This document shows, piece by piece, positions 28,002 through 38,141 of a DNA stretch of 64,000 nucleotides. The stretch is from assembly GCA_963700985.1 (NCBI GenBank), contig OY969554.1, positions 288,001 through 352,000 of the forward strand. The letters are read 5' to 3'. The notes beneath the pieces were generated by a model. It was not told the origin of the DNA. It worked only from the letters and a program-made list of their open reading frames with translations, and did not search any database. Both the position numbers and the translations under genes were made by a program. This DNA comes from an uncultured Chlamydiales bacterium. GTDB taxonomy: Bacteria; Chlamydiota; Chlamydiia; Chlamydiales; Rhabdochlamydiaceae. Position 1 is the stretch's first letter; the number at the start of each line of letters is the position of its first letter.

Positions 28002-30089
28002 CTAAAGTTGATTTGCAGCTTGGATGCGTTCGAGGTAAATTCGGGTAGGGGCGTCGGCAGGATAGCGTTGTTGGATTTGTAGAAAGAGCTTTTTGGCCTC
28101 TTCCATTTTTCCGGCATAGAAAGCATTGTAAGCTTCTGTAAATGCCCGGCATAGTTCGATTTCAGCAGGAGTCGGTGCAACTTCAACTTCTTTTTGCATG
28201 CCTACTAATTCATAAATTTCAAGTTTCTGCTTTTTACCCTTCACGGCAACGATATCAAGTGGGCGAGTTACAAAACTCGCATCTAGGCTCTCTTTTACGG
28301 TTTGACTAATAGTGATTGAAGTTTGATAGGCTTTGTTGATTCCTTCAAGACGTGAAGCGATGTTGACGCTATCGCCAATCGCTGTATAGTTCATGCGTTC
28401 GGCAGTACCAATATTTCCCACAATCACTTCTCCTGCATGAATGCCAAAGCGGGTATACCATTTTTCTTCACCATTTTCTTTTAAGAGCTGTCGGCAAGCT
28501 TTGCGGCAGCGCAATGCCGCCAGACATGCTTTATTTGCCTGTTCATCGACTATTTTTGGAGCACCCCAAAAGGCCATGATGCTGTCACCGATAAATTTAT
28601 CAATCGTACCCTCTGTTTCTAAGATAATCTTAGAGAGAAGATCGAAATATTCAGCTAGGGAAGACATCAATGTTTCTACCGGCATCGCTTCTGAGCTGCT
28701 GGTGAAATCCTTAATATCGGTGAACATAATGGTAATCGTACGTTTTTCTCCGCCTAGGACGATTTCACGACCCTGCTCCACCAATGATCTGACAATCTCT
28801 TTTGGCACATACCGCCCAAAGGAATGTAATGCGGCGCGCATGGCTGTAATGGAAGAGTCTAAAGTCATGATTTCTTGAATGTGTGTCTTAATTTTAATAG
28901 GATTCTCAAAATCAAAATGCCGAATTTTATCAACCTCATGGGCGAGTTCAACGATCGGTTTGGAGATGTGTTTAGAGGAGTAAAATACAAAGATTGCAAA
29001 CAAGACCAAAATGGCTAAGCAGATGAGGATTGTTTGATGTTGGGTTTTGATCGTTTGTCCAAAAAAATCCTCGAAAGGTACGGCAACTGCAATTGACCAT
29101 TTCTGAGCAAGTGAGATTGGGAAGTTAGAGATATAGACGATATATCTAACCTTCTCGTATTCCATCAAAAAATGGGTCTGGCGTGAGAGAGTAAATTGTT
29201 GAAAAGCTGGGGCAATAATATTTTGGGCAATGCCCTTTGAAGCTGAATCCAAATTATTGGGGGCTGGCACTAGGAGGCTTCCTTGGGAATCAAGCACAAA
29301 AGCCTTTCCAGTGACTCCGATCCTTTGATGTGTGATGAAATTAGAGAGGAATTTAAGAGAGAGATTGATTCCTATCACCGCCTTGAATTTTCCCTCGCTG
29401 TCTGTGACAGGTGCAGACACTGTAATTCCAGGTTCGCCACCTGTAATCTGTTTAGCCAACCCTCTAGGTAAATAGGTGTTACTCCACTGAATGGATGGCC
29501 ACTTCTGCATGTCAGTAAACCAAGAGTCGGTTTTTGGATCGTAGCTGATTGGTGAAACAGTTTCCGACGCTAAAACGCTCATATCCGTGCCCAAATATTG
29601 CCAAGTCTCGCTAGGTGGGGTCTGCTGCTGGTCGATGATGCGCACAGCGTATTTCGAGCCTTGTGGGAGTGACTGTTCAGGCTTGGAATAGTAAGTTGTT
29701 ATGTTAGCTAGGCTTAAATTGATCGTTGAAATGAAGCTTGAATTTTCGAGCGCGACGTTAATGCTATAGACCATCTGGTCGTTTTTAAGCGCATTGATGA
29801 GAAAAGAGACTAAGTTATTGTGAAGCGCGGTATTTGGATCGGTGTTGCTTAGAGCGCCTTTTGTCAGTTCAGATAGAAGCTTGGCTTGATCCGTAATGTT
29901 GTCGATCTTTAAGACGAGGTCATCGCTTGTCTCATGGATCATGGCATCAGAGAGATCTACAATTCCCCTATAGTTTCTACTGTATGTAAAAAAAATAGTG
30001 AAAAGGCAGGCGGTGCTGATTAATAGAAGAAAAACAGTGACAATGTCGACTCTAATTTTTCTTACTTTAAAAGGATTTGGCACGGCCAT
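28002..30089 (-). CDS. Class III adenylate cyclase with 2 TM, Cache-like sensor and HAMP domain
   Basis: MFTDIKDFT, IDKFIGDSIMAFWG, RFGIHAG, YTAIGDSVNIASRLE, VKGK. Confidence 0.93.
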   Translation of the reverse strand: MAVPNPFKVRKIRVDIVTVFLLLISTACLFTIFFTYSRNYRGIVDLSDAMIHETSDDLVLKIDNITDQAKLLSELTKGALSNTDPNTALHNNLVSFLINALKNDQMVYSINVALENSSFISTINLSLANITTYYSKPEQSLPQGSKYAVRIIDQQQTPPSETWQYLGTDMSVLASETVSPISYDPKTDSWFTDMQKWPSIQWSNTYLPRGLAKQITGGEPGITVSAPVTDSEGKFKAVIGINLSLKFLSNFITHQRIGVTGKAFVLDSQGSLLVPAPNNLDSASKGIAQNIIAPAFQQFTLSRQTHFLMEYEKVRYIVYISNFPISLAQKWSIAVAVPFEDFFGQTIKTQHQTILICLAILVLFAIFVFYSSKHISKPIVELAHEVDKIRHFDFENPIKIKTHIQEIMTLDSSITAMRAALHSFGRYVPKEIVRSLVEQGREIVLGGEKRTITIMFTDIKDFTSSSEAMPVETLMSSLAEYFDLLSKIILETEGTIDKFIGDSIMAFWGAPKIVDEQANKACLAALRCRKACRQLLKENGEEKWYTRFGIHAGEVIVGNIGTAERMNYTAIGDSVNIASRLEGINKAYQTSITISQTVKESLDASFVTRPLDIVAVKGKKQKLEIYELVGMQKEVEVAPTPAEIELCRAFTEAYNAFYAGKMEEAKKLFLQIQQRYPADAPTRIYLERIQAANQL

Positions 30090-30104
30090 GTCGATTCCTA
30101 GCTG

Positions 30105-30695
30105 TTACTTTTTGGCGCTCTGTTTTGTTGTAGGGGGAGTGCCATTCTCTTTGGAGTTTTCAGAGATCTTAATGATCGAAAATAGGAAGCTGGTTATGGC
30201 GGGCTCATTGTCAGGCTGAATGAAGATAAATCCCAATGAGGGACCACTAGATGAATAGCCTGCACTAATCGTATCTCCCGCTTTGAGCGTTAGCGCGGCT
30301 TGTGAGACCACTACTCCAATTTGCGTAGAATCGCTAATTGACATGCGGCATCCAGAGTTAGGAATTGACTTGCCGTTTTTGATAAACCAGAGATCCATAT
30401 ATCCAGAAGCTTCAGAAGTAATCGCACCCACTTGGCCAGAGGCGATGATGAGATAAACGCCATCTTCTTTGATGATTACTTTATCTTTTTTGGGGCCAAC
30501 TTCAAGGTTTAGGATTTCATCAATCATTTCCATTTTGACTAAATTCGTGCCCGCCGAAGTAGGCGCTTGCGTAGTCAAACTAGAGAGTTGCCCATAAGAA
30601 GTGGCATTTAAAGCTTCTAATTTAAATAGAAAGACTATTGGCAGAACTATTCGGAAAATATGACTGCGCAAGATGTTGGTAATTAATTTAAGCAT
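30105..30695 (-). CDS. Secreted C1q/TNF-like beta-sandwich protein
   Basis: Signal-like N-terminus; VIIKEDGVYLIIASGQV, WFIKNG, LTLKAGDTIS. Confidence 0.6.
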   Translation of the reverse strand: MLKLITNILRSHIFRIVLPIVFLFKLEALNATSYGQLSSLTTQAPTSAGTNLVKMEMIDEILNLEVGPKKDKVIIKEDGVYLIIASGQVGAITSEASGYMDLWFIKNGKSIPNSGCRMSISDSTQIGVVVSQAALTLKAGDTISAGYSSSGPSLGFIFIQPDNEPAITSFLFSIIKISENSKENGTPPTTKQSAKK

Positions 30696-30752
30696 AAGCT
30701 TTTCCTTCTGGAGATGATCTATTCTTCAATAAATATTTCCCGAAGGAATTTG

Positions 30753-31370
30753 TCAAGGCTTCTTCGATGAATGAAGATCTTTCAGCCAGAAGACTAGGGA
30801 TTTAACAGAAACTTGCTCTTCACCTAAGTCTGGCCAGGCGACATCACACGTCAGTTCTGGATGTTTGACATAACCGCGCTTTTTCCAAAAGTCTGCAAGA
30901 GGGACATAATCATCAGGTTTGCGCGGATCGTCGTCTGTGCGGATCGTACTGCAGAAGCAGGTATGCGTATAGGTGCGCAGTTTTTGCGCATGTGCCTCAC
31001 GCTCATCAAAAAAGTGGTGGCCAAGACCCCGACCCCGGTATTTTTTTAAGAGCATGGATTCGCTAAAGTAGTAATAGGAAGAAAGCTCGAGCTTGCTCTC
31101 GATGAAGGGTTTTTTTACTTCTTCGATCTCATTTTCAAGCGGAATCCCTGTGGAAACACCGACGATTTCGGAGCCATCAAAGACAACCACTAATACCGCA
31201 TCTTTGCAATCAGCATATTTTTTTAAATACTCTACCTCATCTTGCATGTTACCTTCATACAGATAGGGATAGTCGCGAAAGACCTCAATGCGCAGCCGGG
31301 CAATAGCGGGAAGGTAGGTTTTCATTGCAGTGCCAGTGAATTTGCAGATCTTGATATTCGATTGTGACAT
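30753..31370 (-). CDS. GNAT family N-acetyltransferase
   Basis: LRIEVFRDYPYLYEG, YFSESMLLKKYRGRGLGHHFFDERE, FWKKRGY; AGGAGG RBS before ATG 31370. Confidence 0.9.
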   Translation of the reverse strand: MSQSNIKICKFTGTAMKTYLPAIARLRIEVFRDYPYLYEGNMQDEVEYLKKYADCKDAVLVVVFDGSEIVGVSTGIPLENEIEEVKKPFIESKLELSSYYYFSESMLLKKYRGRGLGHHFFDEREAHAQKLRTYTHTCFCSTIRTDDDPRKPDDYVPLADFWKKRGYVKHPELTCDVAWPDLGEEQVSVKSLVFWLKDLHSSKKP

Positions 31371-31498
31371 GAATCCAAACCTCCTAAAGAAGTTGCAAAT
31401 GTCTGATGGCTTGTTAAAATCTAGATTTTTCAAACCGCGAGATTTTTGCTATCTTCTCCTTTTTTTAATAATTTCTTAACTTATCCAGAGGAAAAATT

Positions 31499-32098
31499 AT
31501 GGCCAAGCTTTATTTTAGACACGGTACGGTTGGAAGTGCCAAGACGCTTAATCTTCTAGCTGTTGCGCATAACTATCGCAACCAAGGTAAAAACGTCCTG
31601 CTGCTCAAGCCGGAAATGGAAGAGCGCTTTGGCCGAGAAAGGATCCGTTCCCGAGCTGGCCTCGAAATGGATGCGGATATCCTGGTTAATTCCGAAACAG
31701 ATCTTTTAAGCTACAACCTCGAGACAGTCAGCTGTATTTTAGTTGACGAAGCGCAGTTTCTGGGCAGCGTCATCATCGATCAGCTGCGCGAGATCACTCT
31801 TAGCAAAAACATACCCGTCATCTGTTATGGACTCAGGACAGATTTTCGCACTAAGCTGTTCGAAGGTTCGCTTAGATTGATGGAGCTTGCCGATTCTATC
31901 GAAGAGGTCAAAGCGACCTGCCATTTCTGCGAGCGCAAATCGATCATGAATCTCAAGCACGTAAACGGCATTGCCACCCTCGACGGGCCCACCGTCCAAC
32001 TCGGCGCCGAAGAGAAGTACTACCCCACCTGCTTCCGCTGCTACTCCTCCCAGCTCGCAAATAGCCCTCTTAAGTGCTGCGCTTCGCGCACCCCTTAA
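31499..32098 (+). CDS. tdk: Thymidine kinase
   Basis: AKLYFRHGTVGSAKT, RSRAG, LVDEAQF, YGLRTDFR..LFEGS, CxxC...CxxC. Confidence 0.96.
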   Translation: MAKLYFRHGTVGSAKTLNLLAVAHNYRNQGKNVLLLKPEMEERFGRERIRSRAGLEMDADILVNSETDLLSYNLETVSCILVDEAQFLGSVIIDQLREITLSKNIPVICYGLRTDFRTKLFEGSLRLMELADSIEEVKATCHFCERKSIMNLKHVNGIATLDGPTVQLGAEEKYYPTCFRCYSSQLANSPLKCCASRTP

Positions 32099-32123
32099 TT
32101 GGATTGAATCATTTTTTTGGGTA

Positions 32124-32599
32124 TCTATAGACATGTCGGATGGTGCGTCCTGATGGCGCACCTCCCGCGACCACCTTGAGCCTCATCTCGCTTTGCCAAA
32201 CCGCGTCCTCGAAGGCGAGGTGTACATAGTACCCTTCGGACCCGGTTCGCTTTGCTCACCTGTTTCGCACTACAAAGGTCCGCTGGACCTTTTCGTGTCT
32301 TCAACAGCCCTTCTCGCGTCACCTCGCAGAACTAACTTAAGAAATTCAGAATATCCCAAACAGTACTGCGAGGCGACGTGGAAGGGGCCCCCAGCGAAGC
32401 TAGAGGGGAGGGAACGCGCTCGAGCAGCCCGACGACTCAGATCGCAAAGTAAAATTGCAGCGCAGTAGAGCCCGAAGGGCGTGCGGCGGTCGTACTGTGT
32501 ACACCCCGCCTACGAGCAGGCGATTTGACGAAGCGAGATGGGGCGCAAGGTGGTCGCGGGAGGGGCGCCAACGGACGCCCCATCCGACATGTCTATAGA
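32124..32599. mobile_element. Large nested palindromic element/MITE (476 bp, GC-rich)
   Basis: Perfect 20-bp TIR TCTATAGACATGTCGGATGG / CCATCCGACATGTCTATAGA, ~105-bp imperfect arms, internal hairpins. Confidence 0.85.
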
Positions 32600-32638
32600 A
32601 AATCGAAAAAGAGAAATTTAAATACTTAATTCTATTGA

Positions 32639-33958
32639 TTACTTGCTGGGGAAGTTGAGGGTGATGGGTGTGCTTTGGGTGCCGGATGCGTTCACGCTTA
32701 CAAGGCTATACACGTCACTCTCGTTTTTATGGCGATTCTGGTCGTTATACTCAAATGGACCAGAGGCGTTGATTTGAGCGATTTGGCTGCCGTTGCGTGA
32801 GAGAATGTAATCGACAACCGTCGTGTCTGAGCTGGGGCTCCACTGAAGCTTATGGATGTATTCAGTTTGGGTAGCAAAGATGACTTTGCGCAGTTGCCCC
32901 GTGAGGTTTGAAGGTGGCAAAGGGGCTGGAGGAACGGGAGGGATGAAGTTTGACATCACAATAAAATTCGGTATACTTCCCAGAGTTTGATTAGCGAGCT
33001 CTGTATTATTTGCAGTATCGATAACAGTGAGGATGCTGTTTCCATTCGCAACAAGCAAAGTTAGCCCATCAGGGGTTATAGCAATAGGTTTAACATCATT
33101 CCCAGTACTGAGAGTGATCGTAGCTGCTACTACACTAGGATTTGCTGTATTGATCACACTAATTGTATTGGCAGTGCTGTTGCCTACATAGGCATTGATG
33201 CCGCTGGGTGTATTTCCTATGGCAACATATCTAGGGTGAGCGCCTACTGTAACCACATTTGTGACAGTATTCGTACTCGTATCGATCACCGAAACTGTGT
33301 TATCCAACAAGTTAGTAACATAGACGAATTGAGAGTCTGGTGTCACAGCGACTTGCTCGGGAGCAGTACCTACTGTAACCGTAGCCACTACTTGATTATA
33401 TGTTCCAGAGGTGGGATTGGCATCGATAACAGAAACGTTGTTAGAAGTGGTGTTGGCTACATAAACACGTAAGCCATTAGGCGCGACTGCAATGCCTTCA
33501 GCGCCAGAACCAACGGTAATAATAGAAGATACTGTATTCGTGTTAGTATCGATTACATCGACGGAAGGACTATTATTCGTGAGATAGACAAATTTTCCGT
33601 TGGGAGTTACGGCAAGAAACTGAGCAGTACCTGATGGCGCAAGTGTAGCTATAACTGTATTTGTGGCTGTTTCGATAACATTGATTTCGGTACCATCTGC
33701 ACCGTTAGCTGCCACGTAGATAAAAGCATTATCGGGAGTAATAGCGAGTCCATTAGCACTATTTGTAATTGGAATTGTGTGGATCAACGAATAGTCAGGG
33801 CTAGTCTCCCAAATCTCAACTTGACCTGCAAAAGAAGAGCCTTCGGCAATATAAGCGCTGATACCTGTTTGTGCTAATAGGTTTAAACTAGGCGTTACTA
33901 ATGATGCGATGACAGCTACATATCTGATCCAAAAACGTGTCTTTGAGCGTGTCTGCAT
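32639..33958 (-). CDS. Secreted YVTN/YncE beta-propeller + conserved FN3-like C-terminal domain (copy 1)
   Basis: Signal peptide; repeats like VAVTPDSQFVYVTNLLDNTVSVIDT; Pro linker; PPSNLTGQLRKVIFATQTEYIHKLQW tail. Confidence 0.88.
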   Translation of the reverse strand: MQTRSKTRFWIRYVAVIASLVTPSLNLLAQTGISAYIAEGSSFAGQVEIWETSPDYSLIHTIPITNSANGLAITPDNAFIYVAANGADGTEINVIETATNTVIATLAPSGTAQFLAVTPNGKFVYLTNNSPSVDVIDTNTNTVSSIITVGSGAEGIAVAPNGLRVYVANTTSNNVSVIDANPTSGTYNQVVATVTVGTAPEQVAVTPDSQFVYVTNLLDNTVSVIDTSTNTVTNVVTVGAHPRYVAIGNTPSGINAYVGNSTANTISVINTANPSVVAATITLSTGNDVKPIAITPDGLTLLVANGNSILTVIDTANNTELANQTLGSIPNFIVMSNFIPPVPPAPLPPSNLTGQLRKVIFATQTEYIHKLQWSPSSDTTVVDYILSRNGSQIAQINASGPFEYNDQNRHKNESDVYSLVSVNASGTQSTPITLNFPSK

Positions 33959-34033
33959 ACGATTTGTCCTTTTGTTAAAAAAACATGTTAAACAAAAAGA
34001 AAAATCTAAGAAAAGAAAATTTTTGATCTAATC

Positions 34034-35167
34034 TTAAAGCTCGTCGTTGAGGATGGCAGTGCGGTAGGTATTCATGAGTTGAACCATGAAGTGGAGGTTG
34101 TGTACGGTGGCGAGGGTGAGGGCGGTGATCTCGCGGGCTTTGAAGAGGTGGTGCAAGTATGCCATGCTGAAGCGCGTGCAGGTGGGACACTGGCAGCCAG
34201 GCATTGGCGGGCCAAAATTTTTTGCGCCTTCGGCTTTGGTGATGTTAAGGCCGCCAGTTGGGGTGAGCAGCAGTCCGTGTCTGGCAGCGCGAGTTGGATA
34301 AGAGCTATCAAAAGTATCGATGCCGAGGGGAACGCAGCGTTGAATCGATTCTAGATCTCCGATCCCGAGTAGGTGCACGGGCTTTTCATCGGGAAGATGT
34401 GGCATGGTGGATGAGAGCATCTCTCCCATTTGGCTACGCGTCTTGCCCATGCTGCCACCAACGGCAAAACCGTCAAAGGGGCGGGCCTTTAGAAAATCGC
34501 AGCTCTGTTTGCGCAGTTCAAGATCGACGCCGCCATGCACCACAGCATACATAGCTTGGTTTTGCGGCTTGCTCAGGTGTGCCTCAAGTGAGCGGACTTC
34601 CCAACGGTGTGTGCGTTCGAGAGATTCTTTTAGATTTTTCGCAGAGAAGTGATAAGGGGGAAGTTCGTCGAACGGGATGATGATATCGGCTCCTAGATCT
34701 TTTTGCGCGGCGATAGAACTCTCCGGTGTGAGCATTACTTTTTGGCCATCACGATAGGAACGGAATAGAACGCCTTCTTCGGTGATTTTAAGTACGCTGC
34801 CGCCTTCTTTTTTTGTGCCGCGGCTTTTGAGTTCATCCGCTACCGATCCATAAGCTAAGCTAAAAACTTGAAATCCACCCGAGTCGGTGATGATGGGCAG
34901 CTGGCGATTGATGAATTTATGCAGGCCGCCACCTTGGCGCACCACTTCTGTGCCGGGTTGTAGCAGTAGGTGATAAGTATTGCAAAACATCAGCTGCAGG
35001 CCGATTTCGCTGACGAGCGCATTATCGAGAGCTTTGATGGTGCCATTTGTGCCGACGGCTACAAAATTAGGCGTATCGATTACGCCATGTGGAGTATGGA
35101 TCTTGCCCACGCGTGCACGGGATTTTTTTGAGGTGTGCAGAAGTTCAAAAGAGAAGCTATTGCTCAT
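34034..35167 (-). CDS. tgt: tRNA-guanine transglycosylase (chlamydia-like, probably queuine-inserting)
   Basis: CNTYHL, TDSGGFQVFSL, HLLGIG, DTFDS, CQCPTC...H zinc site. Confidence 0.95.
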   Translation of the reverse strand: MSNSFSFELLHTSKKSRARVGKIHTPHGVIDTPNFVAVGTNGTIKALDNALVSEIGLQLMFCNTYHLLLQPGTEVVRQGGGLHKFINRQLPIITDSGGFQVFSLAYGSVADELKSRGTKKEGGSVLKITEEGVLFRSYRDGQKVMLTPESSIAAQKDLGADIIIPFDELPPYHFSAKNLKESLERTHRWEVRSLEAHLSKPQNQAMYAVVHGGVDLELRKQSCDFLKARPFDGFAVGGSMGKTRSQMGEMLSSTMPHLPDEKPVHLLGIGDLESIQRCVPLGIDTFDSSYPTRAARHGLLLTPTGGLNITKAEGAKNFGPPMPGCQCPTCTRFSMAYLHHLFKAREITALTLATVHNLHFMVQLMNTYRTAILNDEL

Positions 35168-35819
35168 GGATGTAACGCCTCATTAGTGAAAGCATGGGCA
35201 TCATGCATAGAATGATGAGTAACTTGATCAAGAAGCTAAAAATAAGAATATCGGCGATCGAGGAGATGAGGCCGTACAATCCTAAAAAAGTAAAGAGCGT
35301 GGTATCTAAGAGTTGTGAAAGCACCAAGCTAAACGTATTGCGCAGAGGAAGTGAAGCAAAGGGGAGGGCGGCTTTTAAATATCCGTAAATGCGGAGGTCT
35401 ACTTGCTGCACGATGAAAAAGGTCGCAAGGGAGGCCACCAGAAGTCTTGGTGTTGCCATTAGAATTGTTGTGAAGGCGGTTTGTGTTTGATCATCTGCGC
35501 TTGGGGCATAAAGCAGGTGCATGCCAGCCATAAGCGCAAAGAAGATCATCACAAAGAAACAGATCCAAGCTGCGCGTTTGGCGCTTTCTTTTCCAAAATA
35601 TTCTTGAAGCAGGTTTAGACCTAGAATACTTCCAATTGCATAGACGTCACTGCAGGTTACGGTTAAGCCCATCAAATTCATCTGTTTGATGACAAATAAA
35701 TTTGCCAATACAGCTTGGATTGCCACCCAGCTGATGAGAGCTTCTTTGCCAAGTTTAAGTGCTCCCCAAGCAAAGGTGAGCACTAAGAGAAGATGTAATA
35801 GAAAAAGCAGTTCGTTCAT
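35157..35819 (-). CDS. yhhQ: Queuosine precursor transporter (YhhQ/DUF165)
   Basis: ANLFVIKQ, SDVY, LLQEYFGKE, RLLVAS, RN..S..LSQLLDT..F; overlaps the tgt start. Confidence 0.88.
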   Translation of the reverse strand: MNELLFLLHLLLVLTFAWGALKLGKEALISWVAIQAVLANLFVIKQMNLMGLTVTCSDVYAIGSILGLNLLQEYFGKESAKRAAWICFFVMIFFALMAGMHLLYAPSADDQTQTAFTTILMATPRLLVASLATFFIVQQVDLRIYGYLKAALPFASLPLRNTFSLVLSQLLDTTLFTFLGLYGLISSIADILIFSFLIKLLIILCMMPMLSLMRRYIHEQ

Positions 35820-35881
35820 AATTAGTCATGCAGTATAGCATTTCGCTTGGAAAAGATCACAAAAAAGGAGTTTAGTGACCT

Positions 35882-36361
35882 ATGAAAAAATTATTTACTT
35901 TGTTTGGCGTTCTATTTGCACTTTCTAGCCCAGCCTTTGCTGAGCAAACCCTTTCGATTATTAAGCCGGACGCGGTAGCAGCGAACCATATCGGTGCTAT
36001 CATAGAACGTTTTGAAAATAATGGTTTAAAGGTGGTGGCCGGCCGCATGACGAAGCTTTCTAAGAAACAAGCTGAAGATTTCTATGCCGTGCATAAGGAT
36101 CGCCCTTTCTATAAAGACCTAGTCAATTTCATGATTTCAGGCCCAATTTTTGTGCAGGTGCTAGAAGGCCCTGATGCTGTGGCAAAAAATCGCAAGATCA
36201 TGGGTGCAACCAATCCTAAAGATGCAGAAAAAGGCACTTTAAGAGCAGATTTTGCGACCAGTATGGAGAAGAATGCCGTGCATGGATCTGACAGCATTGA
36301 TAATGCCAAAAAAGAGATCGCATTCTTTTTCAAGTCGAGTGAGATCTACTCGCGTCCTTAA
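35882..36361 (+). CDS. ndk: Nucleoside diphosphate kinase with N-terminal signal peptide
   Basis: [42 protein letters not shown]; preceded by [20 protein letters not shown]. Confidence 0.95.
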   Translation: MKKLFTLFGVLFALSSPAFAEQTLSIIKPDAVAANHIGAIIERFENNGLKVVAGRMTKLSKKQAEDFYAVHKDRPFYKDLVNFMISGPIFVQVLEGPDAVAKNRKIMGATNPKDAEKGTLRADFATSMEKNAVHGSDSIDNAKKEIAFFFKSSEIYSRP

Positions 36362-38141
36362 CAGGGGTGCGTTCTTCAAAGAGAATGCTAGATGGAGCAT
36401 GATGCTTTGAAGAATTTTCGATATGCAGGAAGGGGGAGATGTCAATCTTTTGCCCTTCCTGAAATTTTTCAAGTAGCTCTTCTAAAGAGAAAATATTCAG
36501 GTGGCGGTTTGAAGAAGGGTTCACCAGATTAATTGGCAGATTGAGCGTGCGTGATCGGTTGAAAAAAAGACCGAGGCGTTTCTTTTTTCTTATTTTGTCC
36601 CAGCTAGCTTCAAGAGTATTGGGGTTCGTAAAACTGAGCGAGCGTAGATCTTTTTCTATGTCTGCTTTGCGATAGAGAACCATGTCGAGGCTGTTCGGAT
36701 AGTTCCAGTCGGCTTCGGCTTCTTTGAATTTCCAGCCATAAATATCTTTATCAACTGTTACATGCTTGGGGATTTTTTGAGCTTTATCTTGCATGAAGCA
36801 GTAGTTTAGATGCAGGCCATGCGCTAAGTAGAAGCCATAGGCTTTTGTCTTTTCTAGCGCCTGAATACACTGCTTAAAATCCACCGGATCTTTAACGATG
36901 ATGTCATCGACCGCAAATATAAGGTATGGGCAGGTGTTATCTGGGTTAAAAGCTGTTTCTAAAAGCAGCGGCTGAAAATCTGTGTGCGGGCTCGCGGATT
37001 GTTTAATAAAGCGGATAGATGGAAAAGCGCGAGCCAGTTGATCGTAGCTCGATGCAAATGAGCTATTGCTTGTTCGATAGATCACCGAAACTTGGTTGAG
37101 CCCCTGCATGAAGTTTCCAATAGACTCGAGCAGAGCGTAGAGTTGTAGCGGGCGATCAAAGGAGAAGATCACCAGATCAGCTTTTTCAAAGGCTTTTATT
37201 TGCTGCGGCAGCTTTTTTAGAGGCAGATAAGGATGTGCATCACGGATGGTATTTGCACATGCTTCTTGCAGAGAAAAATTGATCTTATGATCGTTCAAAG
37301 GATTGGTGCGGTTATACAAATAGAGCACGTCAGGGATAAAACACGAGTGCTTTCCAGATTGTTCTAATAGTGGGAACATCATGGCCAAATCGCCGGCCAT
37401 AGGATAAAAGCTGTCTTTGTAGAGCAGATCTTCTAGTTTAATTTGTTTGAAGAGCGATGCATAAAAAGTGCGTAGATGAGAAGAGATCCACGGTGCTTTG
37501 CGGTAACTATTATGTCGGATAATCGTATCTGAAATTTTCTTGCATTTGATGACCGACTGTTTATAACTCGGATAGTCTAAATAGTTGCCATAGGTCATCC
37601 AGACATCGCTTTTAGCATAAACCCGATTGAGCTTGGTAAGGACGCCTTCATGTGCAAGAAAATCATCGCCATCCAGCGCTATAACAATTTCATGATCGAG
37701 ACATGAGTGGATGGCATGATAGAAATTTGCGAGCGCGCCACGGTTCGTCTCATTGTGGATTAGCGTAAAGCGATCTTTTTTGCTGCTTTTTTCTACCAGG
37801 TCTTTGACTTTTGCAAAGGTGTCGTCTGTTGAGCAGTCGTCGATATAAATTACACGGAAATTTTCATATTTCTGTTCGAGTACGGAATGAATGTTTTTTT
37901 CACAAAATCCACTGTTGTTATACGAGGGGATAATGATGACAAAGGGCTTTTCTTCTTTGGCAAGCGCCGTTTTTAGATGTGAGGGGGCTTTTTTGTGAGC
38001 TTTGTAGTAGCGGAGGCCTTGCCATGTGGCAGCGGCAGCGATCAGTAAAGCCAGAAAACAAAGGATGAAGGATGACCTATAAACGCGAAAAAAGGCAGAG
38101 AAGTTACTTCTGCCTTTTTTTTCATTCTTCTGAGTCAGCAT
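36330..38141 (-). CDS. Membrane-anchored glycosyltransferase: GT2 domain + second GT-A-like domain
   Basis: N-terminal TM; IIIPSYN, IDDCSTD, LDGDD; second domain [17 protein letters not shown]...FAVDD. Confidence 0.88.
   Translation of the reverse strand: MLTQKNEKKGRSNFSAFFRVYRSSFILCFLALLIAAAATWQGLRYYKAHKKAPSHLKTALAKEEKPFVIIIPSYNNSGFCEKNIHSVLEQKYENFRVIYIDDCSTDDTFAKVKDLVEKSSKKDRFTLIHNETNRGALANFYHAIHSCLDHEIVIALDGDDFLAHEGVLTKLNRVYAKSDVWMTYGNYLDYPSYKQSVIKCKKISDTIIRHNSYRKAPWISSHLRTFYASLFKQIKLEDLLYKDSFYPMAGDLAMMFPLLEQSGKHSCFIPDVLYLYNRTNPLNDHKINFSLQEACANTIRDAHPYLPLKKLPQQIKAFEKADLVIFSFDRPLQLYALLESIGNFMQGLNQVSVIYRTSNSSFASSYDQLARAFPSIRFIKQSASPHTDFQPLLLETAFNPDNTCPYLIFAVDDIIVKDPVDFKQCIQALEKTKAYGFYLAHGLHLNYCFMQDKAQKIPKHVTVDKDIYGWKFKEAEADWNYPNSLDMVLYRKADIEKDLRSLSFTNPNTLEASWDKIRKKKRLGLFFNRSRTLNLPINLVNPSSNRHLNIFSLEELLEKFQEGQKIDISPFLHIENSSKHHAPSSILFEERTPVKDASRSHST

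Noticed and set aside
32125-32468. ORFs 32125..32322 and 32193..32468 as genes
   Set aside because: They lie within the GC-rich palindromic element and have no recognisable motifs.
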